This document shows, one piece after another, positions 11,642 through 20,555 of a stretch of DNA of 64,000 nucleotides (position 1 is its first letter; each line of letters opens with the position of its first letter). The stretch lies in the sequence record ON568341.1; one strand, 5' to 3'. The stretch comes from Escherichia phage UE-S1. The notes beneath the pieces are model-generated. The model had not been told where the DNA came from. It made no database searches and worked only from the letters and a program-made list of their open reading frames with translations. Position numbers and translations under genes: made by a program.

Positions 11642-12037
11642 TTATAAAGACGATACAGAATATGTTGCCATTCTATTATTACTTCTTGCATCAAAGACTA
11701 TAGAAAGTTCTTCTACCGTATTCAATACAACGTATTGTAATACGATATTCATTTGGTATCCATATTCAATTCTTGAAATTTGTATGTTTTTAAGATTTAA
11801 GCGTGGATCTAAGCTAATAATCCTACGTGCATCTGCTTCTAAAAGGTTAATAGTATTATATCCTTCCAATTCAAACAACAAATCCCATGCAATAAACCCA
11901 TAGTCTGCATCGAATGCTCTTTCGCCTTTTTTTGTATTAAAATGATTCATCAAATCCTGACGAACCAATTCATTATCATACAACGTTTCAGTTCTACCCA
12001 CAACTGGTGTAGAGAAACCTTTGAAAACAACTGCCAT
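11642..12037 (-). CDS. gp25: Baseplate wedge protein gp25/gpW family
   Basis: 131 aa. Motif KGERAFDADYGFIAWDLLFE parallels T4 gp25 KGSRPFDPEFGCDLSDQLFE. Confidence 0.7.
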   Translation of the reverse strand: MAVVFKGFSTPVVGRTETLYDNELVRQDLMNHFNTKKGERAFDADYGFIAWDLLFELEGYNTINLLEADARRIISLDPRLNLKNIQISRIEYGYQMNIVLQYVVLNTVEELSIVFDARSNNRMATYSVSSL

Positions 12038-12050
12038 TGTCTATTTCCTT

Positions 12051-12539
12051 TTATACGGATTCGACGATACGTGCCATCTTTTCCGCTCTAGAAGTGGTTT
12101 GTTTATACCATGTACTATCACGCAATTCTTTACCAGCAGTTTTATAATCAGCTTTACCTAATGCGGACATTGCTTTTTTGAATTTCAAAACTTTGGTTTT
12201 ACCCATTTGGAATACCATCATCCACAATACACGTTGTACCTGTACTGGTGCTGTCATACCAAACTGTTCATAAATGGATTTTGCGTCATTGTACGCAGTT
12301 TGAGCATCTTTAATAAGAAGTTGGTCTGCTTGTTCTTCAGTTAAACCATTTTTGAAGTTCTCGTTGGGAAGAACTAAATGACCATAACCAATAGTATCAA
12401 GTCCGAGGCTATCTTTATATACCCAAAACTTATCATTTTTAAAATATCCAAGTTTTTTTTGATAAGAAATTGTACCTTCAAACTCTTTAATTTCTTTAAA
12501 AAACTGCTCATCTGTATTTTTAATTTCCCATTTACTCAT
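12051..12539 (-). CDS. Lysozyme (T4-lysozyme-like), free-standing
   Basis: 162 aa. Catalytic-triad context EFEG ... DSLG ... DTIGYGH matches T4 lysozyme E11/D20/T26. Paralogous to the C-terminal domain of the upstream spike protein. A TATAAATA late box lies 17 nt upstream. Confidence 0.8.
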   Translation of the reverse strand: MSKWEIKNTDEQFFKEIKEFEGTISYQKKLGYFKNDKFWVYKDSLGLDTIGYGHLVLPNENFKNGLTEEQADQLLIKDAQTAYNDAKSIYEQFGMTAPVQVQRVLWMMVFQMGKTKVLKFKKAMSALGKADYKTAGKELRDSTWYKQTTSRAEKMARIVESV

Positions 12540-12555
12540 AAAGACATCCTCATTT

Positions 12556-12563
12556 TATTTATA
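12556..12563 (-). promoter_or_regulatory. T4-type late promoter box TATAAATA
   Basis: Plus strand reads tatttata, that is TATAAATA on the minus strand, 17 nt upstream of the lysozyme start. Confidence 0.5.
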
Positions 12564-12575
12564 GTACTGAAATAT

Positions 12576-15239
12576 TTATTGACATGCCTCCAAACGTCGA
12601 GCCATTAACTCAGCACGGCGTGTCGTTTGGCGATACCAAGCCGAATTACGGATTTGTGCTGCTGCTTGTTTATAATTTCCTTTCGCTAATTCAGATAACA
12701 TTGTTTTAAATTTAAGAACTCCACCTTTGCCCATTTGAAATACCATTTGACATAGAACTTGCTGTGCCATATAAGGAGTTTTCATGTTATATGATGCATA
12801 AATTGATTTAGCATCATAAATTGCTTTACTACTATCACGAACAAGCATATCATTTGCTTGTTGTTCAGTTATACCAGAAGAAAAGTTTTCGCCATTCACG
12901 ATTAAATGACCGTAACCAATAGTTGGGTAGCCACGACTATCCAAATAACGCCAGAATTTACCATTTCGATAATACCCTTTTGCTTGTTGATATTGCATAG
13001 TACCCTCATATTCCTTTAATTCGGAAATAAATTGAGAATCACCTGGGACAATTTTCCAATCTATTGCAGTTTTATCTACATTACCGACATTATATGTTGG
13101 TTGTACAACTGGTGTAGATGATACACCACTTCTCTGTGTTCTTCTTTTACGAGGTACATGTCGTGAGCCACGCTGTGAATAACCAGTACCAATTGTTTTA
13201 ATTTTGGTAGTAACGACCAATTCATCACTATCAACGGATGGTTGTACTACTGCTTGCGGTGAAGATTGATTTGTTGCTTGACCTGCAATCAATGTTTTAT
13301 TAGCTGCATCTGCACCAATACCAGTTTGTGATGCATAAAATAATCCTGGGTCAACTGAACCACTAAAGCCGAGGACGTTAGCTGACGTTACACGTATTTC
13401 AAATTGCATAACACCATTTGCTTTACCAATGACCTGTCCCTTTTGAACTACATCCTTGTTTAGTAAATTCGTTTGAATATTATAAAATATAGATTTATAA
13501 CCAGATTTATGTTGAATCAAAATCCCACCATTAGTAATTACAACAACACCACCATCTGGTGCAACAACATCTCCTTTACATTGTATTTCCCATCCAGAAC
13601 GGTCAGTCTTTCCTCCATTTTGTGTTGGAATGCCTTTTCCCCAATAGCCGTATTGACGAATGGTCCCACTACACGGCATATACATATGCAAACCTTCATA
13701 TGTAATGCTATACCCAGTCATTCCAGTATCAGATACCATTAAATCTTGTGTTTGAACTTGTTCGGTTTCGGGTGTATAGTTCACAAACTGAATAGCTTCA
13801 GTTTCTTGAGCTTCAGGAATTTCTGGTGTAACATCATTTGCAGGCTGTGGCTGAACAGGGGATTCACTTGAAATCTTCCCCCCACCTTGTCTTGGTGGTT
13901 CAACATAACTACCATGGTTTTTCGCATCAACCCATGAAACAATGTCATGAATGTGTTCATTAAGACCAGCAGATGGTGTTCTGAAATTTGGTGCAGTAAA
14001 TTCAGCAGTACCGCTATTACCACCACTATTAACTGTTAATGTTTGACCTCCACCACTAACAATTGCTGAAGATGAACCAATTAAGTTTGCAGATGTAGAA
14101 GCAGAAATAGACGCATTTGAACCAGCAGTAATATCAGTACTGCTACCACTTTGCATACGTAAGGACGCAGCAGTGACCAGTCGAAGATCAGCACCGGAAT
14201 TAACCACAACTTGTCCACCAACTTTTGCATCAAGAGTTCCAATTAGATCTAATTTAGTATTGGCTCCTACGCGTGCATTAAAATCTTGACCCGTTTCAAT
14301 ATTATATGAACGACCAGCAGTGATGTTAATATCTTGCCCTGCACGAATATTGATATTCTTATCACAGTGCATGTCAATATCCCCTTCACCAGTAAATTTT
14401 ATACGGGCGGTCCCATCACGATTAATTAAAAGTACATCCCCCGTTGCTTCTGATAATAAAAGTTGTGCACCACTACGGGTTTTTATTACAACTCCTTCAT
14501 TTTTACGAGAACCAACACGGGTGTCGTTTACTGGGTTATTGAATTGTGTATCTTGATATCCATCTGGGTCTTGATCCCATGTGGGTGCAGTTAATTCCTC
14601 TTCGGTATAGCCATCATCAATGATGAAACTATTTCCACGTGGGGATGACATCCCATATACAGTACTCGTTGTTTGGCGAGTACTACTTCGGTTAGCAAGG
14701 CCAGCTTCTTCATCATACAAAAGGTTTTGCTTTTTAAGACCAGCAATAATTGGAACATTTGCATATTTGTCTTGCATATCAGTAGTGAGTGTGTTACGAT
14801 CATAGTCAGTAACAGGAAGAGGCATATCTGTTCCGCTATAATTACTAACATCTGTTGCCATACCAGGGACCATAGTATTCATGCGATGGTCATATACACA
14901 ACCAATCCAATACGCTTGAAATGTACGAGCCTGTGCGAAAATCACAACAACAGTGCACCCAACATCAGGCGGCACAGCCCAGAATCCATAACCTTTAGGA
15001 TACTGTCCATAAGCATCTGCACTTGGAATACCTGGTGTTTTACCAGCAAAAGGAGACATATAAGATGCCTCAATCCATGATTCTTTTGAATTTTTATCGC
15101 TTTGTGAACCTTGTATCCAAACTTTTAACTTTCCAGATTTAGTTGGATCTCTATTATCCATAACTGTTGCTAATTGTGGATAAGCTGGGTCAAAACGACC
15201 CAACTGTTGTTGTGCATACTTTTTACTTGTATCTGCCAT
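12576..15239 (-). CDS. gp5: Baseplate central spike / hub protein (gp5/gpV-like) with beta-helix, M23-like barrel and C-terminal lysozyme domain
   Basis: 887 aa. N-terminal OB-fold pattern resembles T4 gp5. Central Gly/Ser/Thr-rich repeats suggest a beta-helix needle. An M23/LytM-like segment follows. The C-terminal ~160 aa is a lysozyme domain with EYEG ... DSRG ... PTIGYGH. Confidence 0.7.
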   Translation of the reverse strand: MADTSKKYAQQQLGRFDPAYPQLATVMDNRDPTKSGKLKVWIQGSQSDKNSKESWIEASYMSPFAGKTPGIPSADAYGQYPKGYGFWAVPPDVGCTVVVIFAQARTFQAYWIGCVYDHRMNTMVPGMATDVSNYSGTDMPLPVTDYDRNTLTTDMQDKYANVPIIAGLKKQNLLYDEEAGLANRSSTRQTTSTVYGMSSPRGNSFIIDDGYTEEELTAPTWDQDPDGYQDTQFNNPVNDTRVGSRKNEGVVIKTRSGAQLLLSEATGDVLLINRDGTARIKFTGEGDIDMHCDKNINIRAGQDINITAGRSYNIETGQDFNARVGANTKLDLIGTLDAKVGGQVVVNSGADLRLVTAASLRMQSGSSTDITAGSNASISASTSANLIGSSSAIVSGGGQTLTVNSGGNSGTAEFTAPNFRTPSAGLNEHIHDIVSWVDAKNHGSYVEPPRQGGGKISSESPVQPQPANDVTPEIPEAQETEAIQFVNYTPETEQVQTQDLMVSDTGMTGYSITYEGLHMYMPCSGTIRQYGYWGKGIPTQNGGKTDRSGWEIQCKGDVVAPDGGVVVITNGGILIQHKSGYKSIFYNIQTNLLNKDVVQKGQVIGKANGVMQFEIRVTSANVLGFSGSVDPGLFYASQTGIGADAANKTLIAGQATNQSSPQAVVQPSVDSDELVVTTKIKTIGTGYSQRGSRHVPRKRRTQRSGVSSTPVVQPTYNVGNVDKTAIDWKIVPGDSQFISELKEYEGTMQYQQAKGYYRNGKFWRYLDSRGYPTIGYGHLIVNGENFSSGITEQQANDMLVRDSSKAIYDAKSIYASYNMKTPYMAQQVLCQMVFQMGKGGVLKFKTMLSELAKGNYKQAAAQIRNSAWYRQTTRRAELMARRLEACQ

Positions 15240-15252
15240 ATTTTTTTATTCC

Positions 15253-17502
15253 TTAGTCAACTATACTATCGTGACGTTTAAGTGCACGGATTACAATTGC
15301 AGCTTGAATTTGTTGTGTAAAAGAACCACCTGCACCAAAATCATGAACGATTTTATTAACACGATAAATTGTTTGATTAAACGTAGTTGGTGTATTAATA
15401 TCCAATACACCAGTGTTATCATTAATTGACACTACTGGTTGTAATTTTAATAATAGATATGCTTCAGATGTTATGTAGTTTGCTACGTGATAATCATCTG
15501 GATTAATTTCCATATCCTCACCATTAATTACTTGCTCTAGATATTGTAAGTACGAGTAATCACTCCATCCTAACCAATATGGATCACCAACTACACGCAT
15601 ATCAAGCTTGCACAAAAAAGGTCTATTGTAATAGTTGTCACGTATTTTACGTCTATCCATTTCATATGTACTACTGTTATCGTTTAGAGAAGCCGATAAC
15701 GTCGTTTCATTATTGGTTGCTTCAGTAGGCATTGTGAATACTTCACCATAACGATGTCCAATCCCATCAGTTCCTTCATCGTTTTCTTCATATGTAGTGA
15801 CATAATCTTCAATATATTGTGGTAACACATTTACTTGATAATTATTATAACGGTCTTGTTCTTCAGCGTTCCCGACCTGCATTTGGTTTTTAGCCAACGT
15901 ATCAATTTCTGACAATAAATCTTGTTGGTCTTTTGTTAACATTCCACCCATATCACGTGTTACACGCAAATCACTTGTTTTTGCCCATGCATCTGGTATA
16001 CTATTATATTGCACACCTTGTATATTCAATTCTTGTGAGTTATGTGTACCAGAATGGTTTGCCACGTCTTGAATTGGCCCTGGGTTACGGGTAGTGGCTA
16101 CGAAAAATTGTTGGTCAAATTTTAAATCCAAATCAATTATCTCACTATTAAGACCACTAAACTGATAATTATAAGTTTTTATATTCAATTTTGGTTTTTG
16201 ATCGATAGGATCTACATATTTTTCCGCATTCTCAAAGAAATATTCAAATGTGAAATTTTCTGGTTGTAAATCAGATTCATGTACAATATCACCTATCTTA
16301 AATTTAACTATATAAAAAATAACTTTATAAACTGAAGTGTTACGATAATTATCAAAACCAATATATTGTTTTATTGGTATAATATTAACAAATTGTCGTA
16401 CACTGGTGCTCTCATCTGCTTGTACTGTACAAGTATCAATAACATCATCAATAATTCTGGATATAGGAGTACTTGGGTTCCATGAAAAGTTTTTAGAACC
16501 TTGGGTTCCACTTTTAGTTGTTCCAGCTTCTGCCATTTGTTTAGAATCATAATTTATAAACAAATCTTGTAAATCAGGAGCAACTTTAAATTCAAAAAAT
16601 TTGCCATCAGATAATTCACCAAATTTATATCTAAGATACCCATATTGTTGGTCAGCCATCTGATTTAATTTATCTTCCAAATCAAAACAGAAATCACCAA
16701 AGTTTTCAGCCGTACAATTAAATGGTTCTTTAAGTGTCCATTCAATATTATCAACCAATGCTGCTCTATTATGAACTAAACTCATAGAATACATCATAGT
16801 ACTTCCACTTTGTGATGCACTAGCCGTTATACTATTAATTTTAACTGACCATCTTCGTGTTGTTTCAGGAATAATTTCAGGGATTCCATTCTTATTAAAA
16901 CCTATGAACTTTAATTCCAATATCAAAGGTAAGTCCATGAATTTATGAAATCTAAGTTTATTACTTAACGATATTAGTTCATCATATAGACTCATACTAT
17001 TATTTTCAGACATATTAAGAACAGCCGTATTGAAACAATAGTTAGTTGTCATTCCAGGTGTGGATGGTCCAGCTTGCGTCATTTGTACACTTGTGATATT
17101 ATATTTTCCACTAACACCACTTTCAGATATAACATGACGCTGCACGTCGGCATCTGGATAAAGCCAAAAATTTTTAAAATCATCCTTATCCAACGCAAAC
17201 AGACAAAAATGCCAAGTTGGATTATCATATTTTAATAGTTTGTTGTTGTATGGTATCACAAATTGACTTAAATCTAAATCTTCATAAACTTGTCCCATAC
17301 CAGCACTCTGTGATGGCAATGACTCAACATTACTAACATTTGCTTTATAGTTATTTTTTGTAATAGCTTTCACGTCATTTTGTAATGTATTAGCGGTAGC
17401 TTTCAAACTATCCAATGAATTAGATGCAGTTGTTTTTGTCTTCTTATTAATACTTGAAATATCATTTTGAAAATTATCAACTGTACTTCGTAAATCTGCC
17501 AT
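15253..17502 (-). CDS. Putative baseplate hub protein (gp27/gpD-like position)
   Basis: 749-aa ORF immediately upstream of the spike gene. Assigned by synteny only. Confidence 0.3.
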   Translation of the reverse strand: MADLRSTVDNFQNDISSINKKTKTTASNSLDSLKATANTLQNDVKAITKNNYKANVSNVESLPSQSAGMGQVYEDLDLSQFVIPYNNKLLKYDNPTWHFCLFALDKDDFKNFWLYPDADVQRHVISESGVSGKYNITSVQMTQAGPSTPGMTTNYCFNTAVLNMSENNSMSLYDELISLSNKLRFHKFMDLPLILELKFIGFNKNGIPEIIPETTRRWSVKINSITASASQSGSTMMYSMSLVHNRAALVDNIEWTLKEPFNCTAENFGDFCFDLEDKLNQMADQQYGYLRYKFGELSDGKFFEFKVAPDLQDLFINYDSKQMAEAGTTKSGTQGSKNFSWNPSTPISRIIDDVIDTCTVQADESTSVRQFVNIIPIKQYIGFDNYRNTSVYKVIFYIVKFKIGDIVHESDLQPENFTFEYFFENAEKYVDPIDQKPKLNIKTYNYQFSGLNSEIIDLDLKFDQQFFVATTRNPGPIQDVANHSGTHNSQELNIQGVQYNSIPDAWAKTSDLRVTRDMGGMLTKDQQDLLSEIDTLAKNQMQVGNAEEQDRYNNYQVNVLPQYIEDYVTTYEENDEGTDGIGHRYGEVFTMPTEATNNETTLSASLNDNSSTYEMDRRKIRDNYYNRPFLCKLDMRVVGDPYWLGWSDYSYLQYLEQVINGEDMEINPDDYHVANYITSEAYLLLKLQPVVSINDNTGVLDINTPTTFNQTIYRVNKIVHDFGAGGSFTQQIQAAIVIRALKRHDSIVD

Positions 17503-17513
17503 GTGTTACTCCA

Positions 17514-17828
17514 TTAGCCTATGTTTCGAGTACCATTAAGATAGTTTTGTACTCTTTGATTTGCTGGTATTCTAATTGTTACTCCACTTTTAAAATTATA
17601 TATAGGATCTTCTCCTAATATATCTGGATTTAACAATGCAAAAATATAATATAGACGTTCATTGCCATACATCTCGTAGGCTAAACGCCAGGGTTGATAT
17701 TCATACTTCAATGGGATCTCATAAAAATCATCAGTATCAGCAGGAACTATATCTCGTGGTAAATTATAACCAAGATACCAAGATTGTTTCACCTTAGCAT
17801 AAGGTGAGTATTGACTATAGTTGGACAT
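17514..17828 (-). CDS. Small baseplate protein with LysM-like segment (gpX/gp53-like position)
   Basis: 104 aa. A LysM-like pattern ending GVTIRIP. Position upstream of hub and spike. Confidence 0.3.
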   Translation of the reverse strand: MSNYSQYSPYAKVKQSWYLGYNLPRDIVPADTDDFYEIPLKYEYQPWRLAYEMYGNERLYYIFALLNPDILGEDPIYNFKSGVTIRIPANQRVQNYLNGTRNIG

Positions 17829-18559
17829 TAAATAAATCCTCCTTTGCGTAATAGTTCACCTCGTTTAAATGCATTGAGGTTAAACGTTTTAGTCATATAA
17901 TCAGATGTCGGTTGTTCTTCAAGTTGTAACATAACTGATATTTTTTGTGGAACCCAAACTTCATCTTGTGGATTCATATATCCAGTACTTCTAAGTTGTT
18001 CGAAGAATTTTCTACTATCCATATCGGATAAATTAAAAGTACTGTCACTACTATTCAAAGGAACTTGAATATAAGAAACATCATTAGGATATGTAAAATT
18101 ATAAGATTTTAAAATTACCGGAATATCATTATATGTGTAACGACCATATCCACTTAAAAGTAAAATTGGTGGTGGTGCACCAGCAATTGCCAATTCGGGG
18201 TTATTAGCAGATGCTGCTTGTCTACCAAAATCCATCAATGAAACCGAACGTATAAAATGAACACATGCCAATGCATACATGGCTTCTGCTGCCGTATTAG
18301 CATAAAATTCACCCTGAATAGTGAAAACCGTATTGGTGGTGTTTTTGTAATTATTATAGTTACTATTGGTATGTATAGGTGACTGTGTTTCATACTGAAT
18401 TGACCTTTGTTCAGTAATTATTGGTGTTACAGTCCAAACCAACCCATTAGTTGGACGCAGAAACGAAAGTAGTGTTGGTTCGGAGCTATCCCCGAAATCA
18501 CCATATACATAGTTAGCACCTGCGGCTTTAGGTCGTAATCGAATTCTACGATCAATCAT
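17828..18559 (-). CDS. Late structural protein (tail/baseplate), unknown function
   Basis: ORF-track frame. Start refined to ATG at 18559 (MIDRRIRL...) with GGAG 9 nt upstream. The track start at 18616 is a GTG inside the promoter region. A TATAAATA box lies upstream. Confidence 0.6.
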   Translation of the reverse strand: MIDRRIRLRPKAAGANYVYGDFGDSSEPTLLSFLRPTNGLVWTVTPIITEQRSIQYETQSPIHTNSNYNNYKNTTNTVFTIQGEFYANTAAEAMYALACVHFIRSVSLMDFGRQAASANNPELAIAGAPPPILLLSGYGRYTYNDIPVILKSYNFTYPNDVSYIQVPLNSSDSTFNLSDMDSRKFFEQLRSTGYMNPQDEVWVPQKISVMLQLEEQPTSDYMTKTFNLNAFKRGELLRKGGFI

Positions 18560-18593
18560 CTTTTGATTCTCCATCATAAGGGAACATTTGATG

Positions 18594-18601
18594 TATTTAT
18601 A
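18594..18601 (-). promoter_or_regulatory. T4-type late promoter TATAAATA
   Basis: Plus strand tatttata, about 35 nt upstream of the refined start at 18559. Confidence 0.5.
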
Positions 18602-18604
18602 CGT

Positions 18605-18633
18605 GGGACAAAACACTTTTTGGTGCTATAATA
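18605..18633 (+). promoter_or_regulatory. Early sigma70-like promoter (GGGACA-N17-TGcTATAAT)
   Basis: GGGACA at 18605-18610 and extended -10 TGCTATAAT at 18625-18633, upstream of gp55. Confidence 0.5.
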
Positions 18634-18689
18634 ACATTGATGGTATAAGGATTGTATCTATTGGATTTAAACATGGAGAGTTGAATATA

Positions 18690-19529
18690 ATGACAAATAG
18701 ACCAAAGCGTAAAAAGTATCTCAATAATGCTGATTTACTTCGTGAAATACAAAAAAGTAAGATTTCATATTGCTGGTTATTAGACAAATCATATAGTATG
18801 TATGATTATATCGTTTTTCATGAGTCAGAAATTACTGCTGAGTTACTTGAAAAAGCAAAAGCAGCACGAATTAAACGACTTAACAATGAAATGCTTGATA
18901 GTATTCGTGCAAAGGAAAATATGAGTGCTAAAAAAGCGAAAGAATATGCAGAAGAAAATAATCTAGTTATTACTGATGTTCCAATTGATGAAGTAGTTAT
19001 TCGTGTTATTACAGATGAACACATCCCACCAGATACTAGAGTTAATTTTGAACCTTTCAAACATTATATCGTAGATAATGAAGGTATTCTTTATGAAGTA
19101 TGTCGCTCTCATTGGAAAGGTGACCTTGAATCTGGGGAATTTAGTACTGTTCATGGTAAAATAACAAATGAACTAGGGAAAATGTTCATTAAACTAGCAG
19201 AGGAAATCTCACATAAATCTAACTATAGAAACTATACATACTTAGATGAAATGATGGGTGATGCAAGAATACAATTAGTTAAAAATGCACTTCTCTTTAA
19301 AGAGAGTATTCTTTATAAAAAAGACAAACCCGCTGTACAACTAAATCCTTTCTCTTACTATACATCATTCGTAAACAATAGTTTTCGTTCAATTTTGAAT
19401 AGTGAGAAAAATGTTCGAAATATACGTGATGATTTACTTGAAATGCATGGCTTTACACCATCACATACACGTCAAATTGAAATTGAATTGAACATGATTG
19501 AAAGGAAAAATGAAGATGGCACTGTTTGA
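18690..19529 (+). CDS. gp55: Late-transcription sigma factor gp55
   Basis: N-terminus RPKRKKYLNNADLLREI parallels T4 gp55 KPKYNYVNNKELLQAI. C-terminal blocks LGKMFIKLAEEISHKSNYRNYT and NPFSYYTSFVNNSFRSIL parallel T4 [22 protein letters not shown] and NPHAYITQACFNAFVQRI. Start refined to ATG 18690. About 90 aa longer than T4 gp55. Confidence 0.75.
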   Translation: MTNRPKRKKYLNNADLLREIQKSKISYCWLLDKSYSMYDYIVFHESEITAELLEKAKAARIKRLNNEMLDSIRAKENMSAKKAKEYAEENNLVITDVPIDEVVIRVITDEHIPPDTRVNFEPFKHYIVDNEGILYEVCRSHWKGDLESGEFSTVHGKITNELGKMFIKLAEEISHKSNYRNYTYLDEMMGDARIQLVKNALLFKESILYKKDKPAVQLNPFSYYTSFVNNSFRSILNSEKNVRNIRDDLLEMHGFTPSHTRQIEIELNMIERKNEDGTV

Positions 19530-20547
19530 TAAAGCAATTACATTCACTGATATCCATTTAGGTTTAAAGAATAACAGCAAGCAGCACAATGAAGATTGTT
19601 TAAACTTCATTAAATTTATGATTGATGTAGCTAAAAAAAATAATATTAAATTTTGTGTTTTTATGGGTGATTATTTTCACAATAGAAGTAATATAAATAT
19701 CCAAACACTAAACTATGGTTTACAAATACTTCAATTACTAAATGATAATTTTGAAAAAGTTTATTTTCTAGTTGGGAACCATGATATGTATCACAAAAAC
19801 AAACGTGATATAACAAGTATCAACATGGCCCAAGTTTATGAAAATATAGAATTCATAAACGAAATTACAACGATTGATGATTGTACTTTTATTCCTTTCA
19901 TGATTGAAGATGAATATAAGTTGTTACCACAACTAAAAAGTAAGTATGTTTTTGGACACCTAGAATTACCAGGTTACTTACTTAACAAAATGGTCGAAAT
20001 GCCCGACCATGGTAAAGAAACAGAGGGTTCTTTTGGTGGTTGTGAGTATGTTTTTAGTGGGCATTTTCATAAGAGACAATCAAAAACAACATCAAAGGGA
20101 ACTCGTGTAGTTTATACTGGTAATTGTTTCCCACATAATTTTTCCGATACATGGGATGATGCAAGAGGTGTGATGATTTTAGAACATGGAAAAGAACCAA
20201 TTTTCAATTCTTGGACAGAAGCACCAAAATATAGAACATTTACACTTTCAGAACTTTTGACTGACCCAAGTTATTATCTTCAAGAGAATACAATTTCAAA
20301 GGTTCAAGTTGATATTGCGATAACTACAGATGAAATTAGTTTTATTCGTGATACTTTCACTAAACTTTATAACATACGTGAATTTAACGTAGTTACTAGT
20401 AAACAAAGTATATCAGAATTGATTGAAGATGGTAAAAGCTTTGAAAGTACTGAGTCAGTTGATGAGATTGTTTTACAACAAATTATGGAAATTGATTCAC
20501 CAATGTTCGATAAAAATCTTCTAATCCAAATTTACAGATCGCTATAA
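19516..20547 (+). CDS. gp47: Recombination endonuclease subunit gp47 (Mre11/SbcD-like)
   Basis: Phosphoesterase motifs FTDIHLG, FMGDYFH and LVGNHD. Adjacent to the gp46 gene as in T4. Start ATG chosen 9 nt after an AAAGGA RBS. Confidence 0.85.
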   Translation: MALFDKAITFTDIHLGLKNNSKQHNEDCLNFIKFMIDVAKKNNIKFCVFMGDYFHNRSNINIQTLNYGLQILQLLNDNFEKVYFLVGNHDMYHKNKRDITSINMAQVYENIEFINEITTIDDCTFIPFMIEDEYKLLPQLKSKYVFGHLELPGYLLNKMVEMPDHGKETEGSFGGCEYVFSGHFHKRQSKTTSKGTRVVYTGNCFPHNFSDTWDDARGVMILEHGKEPIFNSWTEAPKYRTFTLSELLTDPSYYLQENTISKVQVDIAITTDEISFIRDTFTKLYNIREFNVVTSKQSISELIEDGKSFESTESVDEIVLQQIMEIDSPMFDKNLLIQIYRSL

Positions 20548-20555
20548 GGGAATAT

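Noticed and set aside
13389-13712. Active M23 metallopeptidase in the spike protein
   Set aside because: The barrel-like segment is present but the canonical HxH motif appears replaced, so only an M23-like, probably non-catalytic domain is reported.
18588-18689. ORF-track N-terminal extension of gp55
   Set aside because: The extension runs through the promoter; the ATG at 18690 has an RBS and matches the T4 gp55 N-terminus.
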